A stretch of 64,000 bases of DNA, taken from positions 930,001 to 994,000 of the forward strand of contig JAANOX010000205.1 of the NCBI GenBank assembly GCA_020184695.1, written 5' to 3'. The stretch is from Histomonas meleagridis 2922-C6/04-290x. Taxonomy: Eukaryota > Protista > Parabasalia. The notes below the pieces were generated by a model. That model had not been told where the DNA came from. It made no database searches and was given only the letters and a program-made list of their open reading frames with translations. Position numbers and translations under genes: made by a program. Positions 52,220 to 63,489 of this stretch are shown here, piece after piece (the stretch's first letter is position 1; each line of letters starts with the position of its first letter).

Positions 52220-53752
52220 TTACAATTTGCATACAACGACACCAGTGTTTCCCTGTGAAACAAAAGCCTTCAAACCTTTCATTCGACACAAATCTAATAT
52301 GTATGGACGGAGAACAGGCATTCCCCCAGCAGAGTGAATTCCTTTTCCTGTGATAAAGTTAACTTGCGCAACGTTTCCGGAGATTATCGCATTTTCTATT
52401 GTCTGGTTAAATTTTTGATGAGCTTTCATGATCGTATACCCATGAAGATCAATTGTGATAATTCTCTTCGGCCCGTGGGGCCTTCTTACAATTTTACTTC
52501 GGGGAGCTTCTGTAACGAGTTTACGAGCAATGTCAACATTTCCATTTGCTCTTGAAATGGCTTCCTTAGCTTGTGTTATTGTTAAATCTGGTCGAATGGA
52601 GAAAATTTCATCTTCAAGTGGAGGCTGTTCAAATGAGTGTTGAAGAAGGATTTCAGCTGCAGTATCGAAATCATTTCCTTTAAGTGCATCACGAATGATG
52701 TTTGTTGGCATTGCCGGAAATATTTCTTGTAGTTGAGATACAATTGGATCTGTTGTTACGCTAAGTTTTGTTGGGTTTCTTTGAACAATGATATTGATTG
52801 CTTGTTCGACATCTCCTTTTGCCATGTCAAGTGATTCTTCTAAGACGTCATTGCTATAATTAGGGAAAATGTCTTTGAGTTGCTTGACATTACTTTCTCT
52901 AAGAAGAGTCGGATTCACTAACGGTTTCAGATCGTTCGGGATTTCTTTGACCTTTGAATTCCTCGGCGGTTGTGCGGCGGTTTTTGATGACTTTTGGGGC
53001 AATGGAAGCTGAGGGAACGAGTTCAATGTTTTCTGCTTCCTTCTTTTCCGGTTCTGGTTGCGATTCTGCTTAATGGTTGGATTCATTTCCGAAAGGATTT
53101 GAATTGCAACCTCAAGTGAATTTCCGGCTGCTTCAAGAGCATTTCGAAGAACATCTTCTTCAATTTTTGGAAATGCTTCTTTAAGAATTGCGACCGAATT
53201 TTTTGGTTGCGATTGGTTACTATCTGATTCTTGGCTTTGCGTTTCATAGAGATCCATTTCATCAAGAAATTTTATTGCTTCTTCAACTGAATTACCTGCT
53301 GCTTCAAGAGCATTATTGAGAACATCTTCGCTTAAGTTTGGAAAACTTTCTTTGAGAATTTCAATTTGTTTCTTTGTGGATGGTTCATTTTCTTGTTTTA
53401 TTGTTTCAAGTTCTTCATAGTGGTTAAGCATTAACTTTGCTGCTTGTATTCCTTGTATAGTTTCCTTTACGTTGAATTTAAAGTCTTCCAAATAAATATA
53501 ACACAATTCATCACTCATATCAGGAAATTGTTTTTGTATTTCCTTCACTTGGTTTTGAGCGTTGTCATTTTCATTGTTTATAATTATATCGGTATTGTTT
53601 TCTGGAGAATATATAATGTGTAAAGTTTCATTTGCTTCATCAAAGGGCATCCAGCTTAGTATATCACTGCATTCTTCGTATGTTGAAAAAGGATTTAATT
53701 TTAGTAGTTCTTCAACTCTTTGTGAGCTGTTTCGATTGTTTTCTGCAAGCAT
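52220..53752 (-). CDS. Multi-CUE + Smr domain endonuclease (Cue2/N4BP2/NONU-1-like)
   Basis: About six CUE-like repeats (LKExFPxxxxDVLxxALExAGNSxExAI) and a C-terminal Smr domain (IDLHG, FITGKGIHS, NTGVVVCKL). Confidence 0.85.
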   Translation of the reverse strand: MLAENNRNSSQRVEELLKLNPFSTYEECSDILSWMPFDEANETLHIIYSPENNTDIIINNENDNAQNQVKEIQKQFPDMSDELCYIYLEDFKFNVKETIQGIQAAKLMLNHYEELETIKQENEPSTKKQIEILKESFPNLSEDVLNNALEAAGNSVEEAIKFLDEMDLYETQSQESDSNQSQPKNSVAILKEAFPKIEEDVLRNALEAAGNSLEVAIQILSEMNPTIKQNRNQNRKRRKQKTLNSFPQLPLPQKSSKTAAQPPRNSKVKEIPNDLKPLVNPTLLRESNVKQLKDIFPNYSNDVLEESLDMAKGDVEQAINIIVQRNPTKLSVTTDPIVSQLQEIFPAMPTNIIRDALKGNDFDTAAEILLQHSFEQPPLEDEIFSIRPDLTITQAKEAISRANGNVDIARKLVTEAPRSKIVRRPHGPKRIITIDLHGYTIMKAHQKFNQTIENAIISGNVAQVNFITGKGIHSAGGMPVLRPYILDLCRMKGLKAFVSQGNTGVVVCKL

Positions 53753-54628
53753 TTGCCCACAGAACCCAAAAATTCAAATAATTGAGTTGTTTACATAGGT
53801 GTTTTCAAATGTCTAAGTAAAGTATTTAAAACAAGAAAGAATATTTTTCTATTGTTTTCGTGGATATCAAGATTACTATTGGATTATCCATCTTAAATTA
53901 TGTGGCATGTATTGGTAATTTGTTTGAAAACATTCAGATATAAATTTCACTTAAAATTATTTGATCAAAAATTATCAATTGTAAAAAGTCATAATTACTG
54001 AAGAAAACCAGTCAAATAAAATATTGAACTATTATTAATATTGCAGATTAATTACGCAACATTTCAAAGGAAGTAAAATTATTTTTTACATTTAAAAAAA
54101 ATTTCGAAAGTAATTGATTAAGTGTTTTAATGAAAATAATGTTAAACTTGTAATGGATAAATAATCTGTTAGATTTTAATATGTTGTGAATGACAACGTT
54201 CATGATGATGCTTCTAATACATGTAAAAATGTAACTAATAAAGTGAATTAACAATGTGTGATTTTGAAAGCTTAAAAAATGATATTGGCAACATAGAAAA
54301 CTCCATAAAAAAGAATCAATTTCTGCCAAAACTGTAGTTTTATATTGAACTCAAATATTATTTGCCTTACATTCCATATGACTAAGAAAAAAAGAATTAT
54401 TCAATTTTCTCCACAGCAGAATCACATTTTCAATGAAATTAACCCAATTTTGAATGATTATAACTTGATTTTATTTTGTTTCCATTCTTCTTTAAGGATT
54501 TGAAATGGAACAATAAAAATTGTGAATATAAAATCGAAGAGTCAACGCTATGTATGAATTCAGTAAAAAAACATTCAAAAAATATTTCACTTTTCCAAAA
54601 ACATTAAATTTGTGCATTTTTTATCTTG

Positions 54629-55471
54629 ATGAACCAGGATGAGAGTGATATTTTTTCTATGTATAGTAATTCTATTGAACAAGATGATGAATATGATCCT
54701 TTTGAAGAATCATTAATTCAACTAGATAAAATTTATAATGGATATCATGATCAGTTTTTGTTTGATGATCCAAATTTTGTTGATGACATACCAATTTTTC
54801 ATAAAAGAGCTGAAACCCTTCCTAAAAACACAATATTTTCACCAACACACTTTAAATTTGACATTGAGCAAGTTCCTGTTGCTAATTCTGCATTTGTTTT
54901 GGATCATTGTAATAATAAATATAAAACTCATAAAGAACACAAAGAAATCTCTCAAGCAATTTTTGATAATGCATGTAAAAATCCTTATTTAATAATAAAT
55001 CCACAAAGAATTGGCTTGATACCTACAAATATTTGGATAGATGAAAATATAACATTTGGTCAAATTGTTTCTGATTTTTTTCAACGGAAAAATAGTGCAA
55101 CAAGTAGGTTCATTCATAAATTATATAATGCACTTAAGATTAGTGATATTGGTCCAAATTTTGCTGAATATGTTGGTGTCCAATGGTTAGGAACTTATTT
55201 GATTAAAGTGAACAAAAATAATTTCGGAAGATTATTAGGAATCAAATCAATTGATGGTTCATTATTTCATCATCAAGGAAACTTTTATTCACATGGATTT
55301 ATAGAATTATGTGTTAGTGATATAAGAAAATATAAACTTACGAAATTTGATTTATATGGAGTAGATTTTTTAAATGTTCGTTTGTTTGTTCATTCGAATC
55401 GATTATTTATTAAAGATTGTACTGAATCTGACTTAAACAAATGTAAATGGATTAACCATAAACAGCAATAA
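54629..55471 (+). CDS. Initiator-binding-domain (IBD, IBP39-like) protein
   Basis: RFIHKLYNALKI...VGVQW...KVNKNNFGRLLGIKSIDGSLFHHQGNFYSHGFIEL, typical of the trichomonad IBD family; ATG at 54629. Confidence 0.75.
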   Translation: MNQDESDIFSMYSNSIEQDDEYDPFEESLIQLDKIYNGYHDQFLFDDPNFVDDIPIFHKRAETLPKNTIFSPTHFKFDIEQVPVANSAFVLDHCNNKYKTHKEHKEISQAIFDNACKNPYLIINPQRIGLIPTNIWIDENITFGQIVSDFFQRKNSATSRFIHKLYNALKISDIGPNFAEYVGVQWLGTYLIKVNKNNFGRLLGIKSIDGSLFHHQGNFYSHGFIELCVSDIRKYKLTKFDLYGVDFLNVRLFVHSNRLFIKDCTESDLNKCKWINHKQQ

Positions 55472-55725
55472 CAATTTTTGATATATTTAAATCCATTCTC
55501 AAATTAACTTGAGATTTTCCATTTCAAATGCACGTTAATATATTTATTCTTATATTAACATTAAATGTTCATAAATATTATACATACAATTTTTAAATAA
55601 AGAAATAAATATTTTTGCATATTAAATTTTTTAAATTGTTCTTTCTTAAAAAAATAATTATTTTCGGTAAAAATGAAAAATAGTTTTAAAAAAGTGTTTA
55701 TTCAGTATTTTGTGTATTTAATTTT

Positions 55726-56559
55726 TTATTCGTCAACTATTTCAACTTTTGGTTTCTTTTCCTTTTCTTCTTCTTCTTCGTTTTTATCTTCTTCTACGTG
55801 TTGAGTTGGATGCGTTTGTTGTGTTACTGGCGTTCTAAGATTAAAAGCAGCAGTAGCATTAGAAGTTCCAGTTATAAATGCAAGTATTAATGCTGGAATA
55901 TAATGTCTGTGATAACCAATGTACTTTGTAAATGGTGTCTTATGTGTCGACGCATAATATACACTTGAGAAAATCAAATTACGAATGACAGTTGTGATAT
56001 TAGACATCCGTGTTTCTTGACCACCAAGAAGCGGGCGAGTTATGATTTCTAATACTTGATCCATAGTAGCAAATGTAAGAGCAATTACAAGTGATCGATT
56101 TCCAAGTATTTGTGTAGTGCGAAGAATGAGAGTATAAAGACGAGTTTGGTTGATGCCTTGTAAAATTCCAAGGAAATAATATAAAAGCCTTGTAAGTTTG
56201 TAGAAAATATCAAATGGTGAAAGTGTCATTGCCACAAAAACGCCACCGAAAATTGCAAGGATAAGAGGATTTGAGGTTGTTGGTGATTTTTTATGGGAAA
56301 TATATGCAAATATTTCTCTAGGCAAAAATGTCATCAAAGCTGCAATAAGTAATTGCTTGATCCAAAGGAGAATTGATCTCTTTTTATTATTTGTAGATGA
56401 ACGAACTACATAACATGAATATAATGACTGAATTGTAAACCAAAATGGAAATTGTGGAGTTCCAAAAATTAACTGATAAATTTGACGGTAACCACCATTT
56501 ACAAATTGATTTACGGAATTGTTAATTTCCGCATTAAGACGATTGAACATTTCTTTCAT
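55726..56559 (-). CDS. Multi-pass membrane protein, possibly TRIC/TMEM38-like
   Basis: Several hydrophobic helices; MTLSPFDIFYK resembles TMEM38 FFCPxDLFYK; acidic/basic tail. Confidence 0.45.
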   Translation of the reverse strand: MKEMFNRLNAEINNSVNQFVNGGYRQIYQLIFGTPQFPFWFTIQSLYSCYVVRSSTNNKKRSILLWIKQLLIAALMTFLPREIFAYISHKKSPTTSNPLILAIFGGVFVAMTLSPFDIFYKLTRLLYYFLGILQGINQTRLYTLILRTTQILGNRSLVIALTFATMDQVLEIITRPLLGGQETRMSNITTVIRNLIFSSVYYASTHKTPFTKYIGYHRHYIPALILAFITGTSNATAAFNLRTPVTQQTHPTQHVEEDKNEEEEEKEKKPKVEIVDE

Positions 56560-57660
56560 CCCCTAAATGTGAAATGATTTAAAAATTCAATTGACCGTTT
56601 TGGCATTTTGGCCGAACAAATAGCAAAAACATCAACTACGATCGAAACATAATTCTTCACCCGAAATGATATTAGAAGAAGAAGAATCTGATACATGACG
56701 CTTCCTTTTCCAACATGAGAAGAATACGAATGATCAGAATTTCTTTGTCTTTTCTTGTTATGTCTTGGGACTAAAACTACGATAGAAAAATTTGAGAAAA
56801 AATAATGTCTCGCACATTGAAAGTCCAAATATTTTCGCTCAATTTCCTCTATCGTACTATTAACGGTCAAAATATTCTGCTTTTTATTCAAACTAGATCT
56901 AATAAATAACTAAATGTTTGATTATCCATTGGATTTTTTTATTAGGTTTTTAATCACATAATTAAATATCGTCAGATTCAATCAAGAAAATAATAGATTG
57001 AATTTTAAAGAAACAATGTCTTAAATTTTAGTCGGTTTTTTAATTGATAAATTTTTTTGAAATTAGTGTTCATTTGATTATATTCAGATCAAGAAGAAAT
57101 CTCAGGAGCTAATCGCAAAATAATGATTTTTATCTTAGCAATGTAAAGTATTCAAACGAGTAACTTTTACACTTGCTTTTGATCGTGAATTTCACTTTTT
57201 GTATGATTTTCACTTTTTAAATCAGTTTTTATCGTTGCTTGTTGAACTTTTATTCAGCCACACATTGACAATTTTTGGATACCCATTGTAAAATTCAATT
57301 TTATTTGAAAAATATGAATAGTTTATTTTGCAGGTACCTGTTCAATTATTGCGTGGAAATTGAGGTTTTTGTGTGGAAAATATTCGGTGTTTGCTCCAAT
57401 TCAATTTTTTCCTTTACTTTTTGAGTTATATTTGACATTTTATCGTGTATAAATGAATAAATTTTGATCGTCTGACGTTAATGCCACCCTAAACGCCCAT
57501 TTTATATCCGTAAAACCAAAAAAAACAGCTATTCAAAATAACTCTTCACAAATGGTGCTGTTTTGAATCAAAAATAATCGTATTTAGACAAAAGTTCCGG
57601 AAGCCCAATTGTAAACGGTTAATTGGTAAATTGCAGCCTATTTGCGGTTAGCAGAAACAA

Positions 57661-59193
57661 ATGAGTGAAGAAGCAGGACCTCTTGCAGCATTGCTTGCTC
57701 AGCACCCACAGCAACAAGAAACAGTTCTTGATGTTCACTTCAAAAACTCAATTGCCCCCAAAATTGAGATGCAATCTCATGAAAAAACAAGAAGCATTCC
57801 ATCAAACCCTCCAACACAGAAAAAAAAAGACGAATCTAATTCTGAAAGCGATGAAGACAAGCCTATTGGCCTAACTTATCGCCAACTCTCATTTACTTCT
57901 ATTGATGGAAACTTAGTTTCTAAAGGCGGTGAACCATTAGGCATTTCGATCCCTTCAAAAGTAGTCCCGACCAAAGAGGAAGAGATTGATAATGAAATAG
58001 ATGAAGAAGATAAAAATGATCCTCCACAAGTTCAAATTGTAAAGGAGTTAAGAACAAAGAATCTCAAGCGATGGAAGGAAATGGGTTATGAGCCACCGGC
58101 TGATCTTATCAAGCTTACACGTGCACATACCCAAGATTCAATTAACGAAGAATCGTTTAAGCCTTTTGATCAGGAAATACCTCATCCCAACTCATCACGC
58201 GAAGCTTCTGCTGATCACAAAAATCGTCATTCAATATCTCATAAAAGATGTGGAAGTGATGGTATGAAACTTGGCGAAGCTTCTTCTAGCTTATCACGTA
58301 TGTCAGAAGCTCTTATGCTCCCACCAAGTCGGAAACAAGTCAACAAAGTTGAAAATGAAATAAATTCCGAAGAAGATACTGGCGAATTATTTGGAAACCT
58401 CGGTAAGATTGTTCGCCATTCAGATAAAGTTGTTTACGAAGCTATTCGCACTGGAGATCTTTCAAATGTAAAAGATGCGAAACGATTGTATAAAGCATTC
58501 AAAAAGTTGCAAGACAAATGCATATCAGAACTTTGGGCTGATGAAGCTTCCTATCTTGCTGAACTAATGGAAGGTCTTAACATAGACCATAGCGACAAGT
58601 TGCGGCCAAGTAATGATGAGATCAAGCAACTTCAAAGGAAATCTCAAGAATCGTCTGCAAAATACGATCAACTTATTACAAAGGAACTTGACAAAGAAAA
58701 ACTAACCATTGAACTCCTCAAGAAACAGTATGAGTTTGATATGCTTGAGCTAGAATCTATGGAACGTGCTTCAAAACATATTAACAAAATTTCACAACAA
58801 AACATTCTTTCATTAGAAGAGGAGGCTAAAAACCTTATGCGCCGTAACCAAATGGATAGCGCCCGTAAGGTTATTGATCAAATCGACAAATTAAAGAATC
58901 TTGATTACAAATCAGAAAAGATTGCCAACAAAAAGAGAGCACTCCACTATGAGTTACAACTAAAGATTGACAACGCGCATGCCAAATGCGAGATAAATGT
59001 TGCCGATCTCAAAAATCGTCAAAGTAATTCACAGAAAAAGTACAGCAGCCAAATCAATCGAATCAAGAAATACAAAGTCGAGATAAGGCCAGAAATTCGG
59101 TACACTGCGACAAAGAAGGATTTGTTGAAGATAAGTGCTCCAAAAATGATCGACAGAAAAAATGAGAAAATCACTGATTTTAATTCCTCTTGA
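57661..59193 (+). CDS. Hypothetical protein (disordered N-terminus, coiled-coil C-terminus)
   Basis: 510-aa ORF with higher GC than the flanks; no family recognised. Confidence 0.7.
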   Translation: MSEEAGPLAALLAQHPQQQETVLDVHFKNSIAPKIEMQSHEKTRSIPSNPPTQKKKDESNSESDEDKPIGLTYRQLSFTSIDGNLVSKGGEPLGISIPSKVVPTKEEEIDNEIDEEDKNDPPQVQIVKELRTKNLKRWKEMGYEPPADLIKLTRAHTQDSINEESFKPFDQEIPHPNSSREASADHKNRHSISHKRCGSDGMKLGEASSSLSRMSEALMLPPSRKQVNKVENEINSEEDTGELFGNLGKIVRHSDKVVYEAIRTGDLSNVKDAKRLYKAFKKLQDKCISELWADEASYLAELMEGLNIDHSDKLRPSNDEIKQLQRKSQESSAKYDQLITKELDKEKLTIELLKKQYEFDMLELESMERASKHINKISQQNILSLEEEAKNLMRRNQMDSARKVIDQIDKLKNLDYKSEKIANKKRALHYELQLKIDNAHAKCEINVADLKNRQSNSQKKYSSQINRIKKYKVEIRPEIRYTATKKDLLKISAPKMIDRKNEKITDFNSS

Positions 59194-59301
59194 AATGTTA
59201 TAATGGAAATGAATCAATAAAATTATTATTGTATAAAATATTTTTTGGAAATTTCCAAATGTTATGAAGTAATATGTCAAATTTCGAAATTAATTTGGCC
59301 T

Positions 59302-59370
59302 GAACAAGAAGGAATTGATGTTAATGATAAAGATATTTTTTTGTTCTATTTTGGATTTATAATAATAACT
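59302..59370 (+). repeat. Solo remnant of an ankyrin module 3' half plus the 5' half of an intervening sequence
   Basis: gaacaagaaggaattgatgttaatgataaagat (EQEGIDVNDKD) followed by atttttttgttctattttggatttataataataact, matching the array junction. Confidence 0.8.
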
Positions 59371-59876
59371 TGAAATTAATGCAATGTTTCAAGGAACTGT
59401 TTTGAGTGAACAGCTCCCTCGGTTCAACATGCCTTTTCGGTTGAAACTCTTAGGTTCTGAACCAAAAGGTATTCGTCTAATACTATTTGAGAGCAGATTA
59501 AACTTTGAATATTTCCTTTAAAATATTCTTTTCATTTTGGTAAAATTTTCGACTACCAAAACATCTACATGATTGTAAGCATACAAAAAATCAAATAAAA
59601 TACAAAATAGCTGAAGATGAAACATTCATTATTTCTTAATACATAAATTTTTTAACTATACAAAAACTTCTCTTTCAATAAAAAGGAACTGAATGGGATG
59701 ATAATATCCTTATAAGGTTTTAGTTCCTTTCGGTGATCACCAAAAACAACCTTAAAAAATTCTGGTGCACCATAAAAATTCTTTCAAAAATTCCTTATTT
59801 AGAATTAATAACCGAAATTTCAGGTAAAGAATAACGAATATTATTAAGTCAATTTTAATCGTTTCTGATTTCAAAC

Positions 59877-60926
59877 ATGGACAAGCTAAAAAACGGAACG
59901 CGTTTCCTTTCATACCGTCTCGAAAGATGTATAGGTAAAGGAGCTTTCGGATGTGTATGGTCAGCTCAACAAGAAGGCAGCGGTCAATATGTTGCAATCA
60001 AGTTTGAACTCCCTAATCTCGCAAAATCCTTACTTACTGAAGAAGCAGAAATTACTAAAGCTGTCTCTTCATGTGACTCGTTTCCAGCTTACTATGGAAA
60101 CGGTATTGAACAAGGATTAAATTATTTGGTTATCGAAATGCTTGGAATGAGTTTAAGAGCTTTCCAAGAGAACCACACGGGAGGGATATTATCGCTTAAC
60201 GAAGTTGGGCCACTTGCAGTTTCTATGGTCAAAGCAATTCAAAATTTCCATAATATGGGATTTGTTCATCGTGACATCAAACCATCAAACTTTGTTTTTC
60301 GTGGAAGACCTGATCAAAACCGGCTTTGTTTGATTGACTTTGGTCTTGCAAAGCGTTGGAGATCTCCAGATGGCGAGGTTTTCAAGCCTCGCGAAAACGT
60401 AGGATTTCGTGGTACATCACGATATGCCTCTATTAATTCACACGATGGGTATGATTTAGGCCGACGTGATGATTTATGGTCTTTCTTTTATGTATTGATA
60501 GAATTATGTGCTCCACCACTTCCATGGAAATCACAAAACGACAAAGATGCCGTAGCCCAGATCAAAAAGCGCGGGGTCGCACGTCTTTGTACTGGTCTTC
60601 CATCACAATTTGAGGAAATTGCAAATCACATCTCAAGTTTAGGATTTGCCGACGATCCCGACTACGACCTTATTATACAGAAGCTCGAGGAGGTGATCGA
60701 AGGTGCCGAGGCCGGCTCCGACTGCGGCGTTTGCCTCAGCGAAGAGTACGGATCGATGGCGCTTATCGTTGCGCCAAATTGTGGGAGTGTGTTCGGAAGC
60801 TCAAGCGCAGTGGAAGGCAGCTGGGATAACGCAGAGCCAGTGCAAGCGCCTGACGTGTATGAAGGAGATAATGAGAACGATGCATCTGGCGGACATGGGA
60901 AAGGCGGATGCTGCAATCTTTTATAA
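59877..60926 (+). CDS. CK1-family (tau-tubulin kinase-like) Ser/Thr kinase with a C-terminal lipidation motif
   Basis: IGKGAFG, VAIKFE, HRDIKPSNF, DFGLA, FRGTSRYASINSH, GRRDDLWS; ends GGCCNLL. Confidence 0.9.
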   Translation: MDKLKNGTRFLSYRLERCIGKGAFGCVWSAQQEGSGQYVAIKFELPNLAKSLLTEEAEITKAVSSCDSFPAYYGNGIEQGLNYLVIEMLGMSLRAFQENHTGGILSLNEVGPLAVSMVKAIQNFHNMGFVHRDIKPSNFVFRGRPDQNRLCLIDFGLAKRWRSPDGEVFKPRENVGFRGTSRYASINSHDGYDLGRRDDLWSFFYVLIELCAPPLPWKSQNDKDAVAQIKKRGVARLCTGLPSQFEEIANHISSLGFADDPDYDLIIQKLEEVIEGAEAGSDCGVCLSEEYGSMALIVAPNCGSVFGSSSAVEGSWDNAEPVQAPDVYEGDNENDASGGHGKGGCCNLL

Positions 60927-61056
60927 GTTCAGATGAATAAATAATGATATAAATTAGGAAATAATAACAAAAAATTTTATTAATTTAAATTATGTTATGT
61001 ATAGAGGAGAATTAAATTATGTGTTAGAGAAGATGATGAATGATTTAAAAATAAAA

Positions 61057-63489
61057 TTATTTATTCGAGAAAATCTCTTTTAAGTTTTCATTTGCTTTAT
61101 TGTAATTGTTCCTCCGAAATAAAGGTTCTACGTCTTGATATAGTAATTTTTCTTTATTTTGTTCAATCGAAGAAATCAATTCCATTGGTGATAAATACAT
61201 ATTAGATGCAATAAAAGATGCGGTAAAATAGAGGTTGTCGTCATTTTGATTTTCAGTGAAAATATTTTTATATTTTTGTAAATTTTTTAATAAAACCAAT
61301 GAACCAATTTGATTAATGTCTTTAACCATTGGAAGATATTTGATGAATAAAGTATATATAAGATTCTGAATACCTAGCGTTACAAACTCTTGAGATATTG
61401 GGGACAAACATGTTGTCACTGATTCGTATAATTTTTTGAAATTCTTAATTAAATTAGCGGATTTAATTTCTTTCATTTTACCTTTTGGTAATTTAAAAGA
61501 GACATTGAGTAATGACATAGAAATATGATAATAGCAATTACACCTTAATTCTTTTCTTATAAAACATAAAAAATATATGGCATCTTTTCCATAAGATATT
61601 AATTCGTTTTCAATCTTTTTATATATATCTTCACTAAAAATATTTTTTCTTTGTTGTACAAGAGTAACAATTTGTTTTTGAATGTAAAGTAATGTTTCGC
61701 TTATTGTCGCCATTAATACAAGAGAATAAGAATCATTCATGATTTCGTTTGTTTTCAAAATCTTTTGTCCCGTTAATAATTCTTTTTCATTTTCATAATC
61801 AATTTGGTTGAAGTTAGATATTGCTTCAGAAGTAATTTCTGTATTTTTATCTAGAAGAGGTCTAAACAAAAGTTGATATTTTTCATATTCTTGAAGCAAT
61901 TTTGGTGTAATTAAAGTTTCTGCATAATATGAAATATTTTCATTATGTATATATGAATATAAATTAGAAGTGCATTTTGTTCTAAAAGAATATATAAGAC
62001 TAACTACATTTTCGAATAAATTTTTTCTTAAAACATAGAATTGAGAAGCCGCATTTATAAAGTGACCAATTGTTTTTAGAATAATTATTGAATCTGAAAG
62101 AACTGAAATTTCTCTTCTTGGAGGTTTAACAACGTTGAAACTTAATGGAGTTTTCAATATTTTTTTTGTATGATGATTCAGAAATTCTTTTATAGGTTGC
62201 AAATTTTCTTGAATTTGTTGATCATTGTAAGCAAAAGAAATGTTAAATGACTGAGAACATGTATTTTCAAATTTCTTAAGTATTGGAATCATATATAGAT
62301 AATTAAATTTATTAGGCTTTATTCCAAGTTGTTTTATACATGTTTCATGAGTTTTATTATATGTATTACTGTTAGTGATTAATTTATAACTAAGTTTCTG
62401 TGTTTCATGATGTGAATCACCTGATCGATGAGTCATTGCAAATATAAGTTGATTGATTTCCTTGCTAATGATATCCCATGTAAAATCTAACATAAGATTT
62501 TTTGGATTATGAAAGAATTGATCAATTCTATCACAATAAAAAAGCAAAACAAATACTCTCGAAAGAAAGTTATTTAGAAATATCACTATTGGATTTAAAT
62601 CATTAAAATTTTGATATATATTAACGAATTGCCTAAATTTATCCATATATTCACAATTTTTATTCACTTTTTTGATGTTTTTGATTGAATCTATTTGCAT
62701 TTGAGATATTCTTTCATGGAGTTCATCATGAAAAATATTTATAAATTTTGTGTGAGAATCAAGATATAGAAGTGATTGAGTATATATTTTTATACTGTTA
62801 GCTTCTGTTATTAAAACTTTTAAACTAATTTCTGAATTATAAAAAGATATCTTTGAAAGTGCATCTGAAAGAAATAATTTTTCAAAGATACACTTAAAAA
62901 TAGTTTCGCATATAATATTCCTTGAAGTAATTAAATGTGTTTTAACGTTAGATAAGATCTCAATTTCGTTTATATGTTCATCATTTGATAATATTTCAAA
63001 TGCCTTTTTTATAATATTAACAGCCTCACTAACATTACCACTTTCTATTAATTGAAGTGACTTTTTAGAACATTTTGTAAGTTCTTCTATTTTATCTAAA
63101 ATTTCTATTTTTTTCTGATATATAAGATTCTTCTTCCATAATTGAAGAATTGATTTTGGATTTATTGAAAACTTTTCTTGTGATTCTTCAATCAGTGTTA
63201 GTGTTTTATTAATGTTCTTTTTTATTCCTTTATTAAACTTTGATTTTATTAAAAAACGATCTGAAATTTCTTTAAATTGGTCTTCATAATTTGATACTAA
63301 TGCATCAGTAATTTTTCGTATTTCTTCTATTACTGATTTTTGTTTTTCTTTTTCTTCTTGGGATTTCCAACATAAAATTGCAGTATCATGGAAATTATAT
63401 GTATCAAGTAATACATTTTGATTTCTTTGATTAAACAAAATAATATTTGTCCAAAGTTCAGATATATCTTTTAATTCATCTGTTTCCAT
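61057..63489 (-). CDS. SEC8: Exocyst subunit Sec8/EXOC4-like
   Basis: N-terminal coiled coil (ITDALVSNYEDQF...ILQLWKK...IEILDKIEEL) and FIRKELRCNCYYHI match Sec8 (LHLEVRVHCFHYL). Confidence 0.7.
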   Translation of the reverse strand: METDELKDISELWTNIILFNQRNQNVLLDTYNFHDTAILCWKSQEEKEKQKSVIEEIRKITDALVSNYEDQFKEISDRFLIKSKFNKGIKKNINKTLTLIEESQEKFSINPKSILQLWKKNLIYQKKIEILDKIEELTKCSKKSLQLIESGNVSEAVNIIKKAFEILSNDEHINEIEILSNVKTHLITSRNIICETIFKCIFEKLFLSDALSKISFYNSEISLKVLITEANSIKIYTQSLLYLDSHTKFINIFHDELHERISQMQIDSIKNIKKVNKNCEYMDKFRQFVNIYQNFNDLNPIVIFLNNFLSRVFVLLFYCDRIDQFFHNPKNLMLDFTWDIISKEINQLIFAMTHRSGDSHHETQKLSYKLITNSNTYNKTHETCIKQLGIKPNKFNYLYMIPILKKFENTCSQSFNISFAYNDQQIQENLQPIKEFLNHHTKKILKTPLSFNVVKPPRREISVLSDSIIILKTIGHFINAASQFYVLRKNLFENVVSLIYSFRTKCTSNLYSYIHNENISYYAETLITPKLLQEYEKYQLLFRPLLDKNTEITSEAISNFNQIDYENEKELLTGQKILKTNEIMNDSYSLVLMATISETLLYIQKQIVTLVQQRKNIFSEDIYKKIENELISYGKDAIYFLCFIRKELRCNCYYHISMSLLNVSFKLPKGKMKEIKSANLIKNFKKLYESVTTCLSPISQEFVTLGIQNLIYTLFIKYLPMVKDINQIGSLVLLKNLQKYKNIFTENQNDDNLYFTASFIASNMYLSPMELISSIEQNKEKLLYQDVEPLFRRNNYNKANENLKEIFSNK

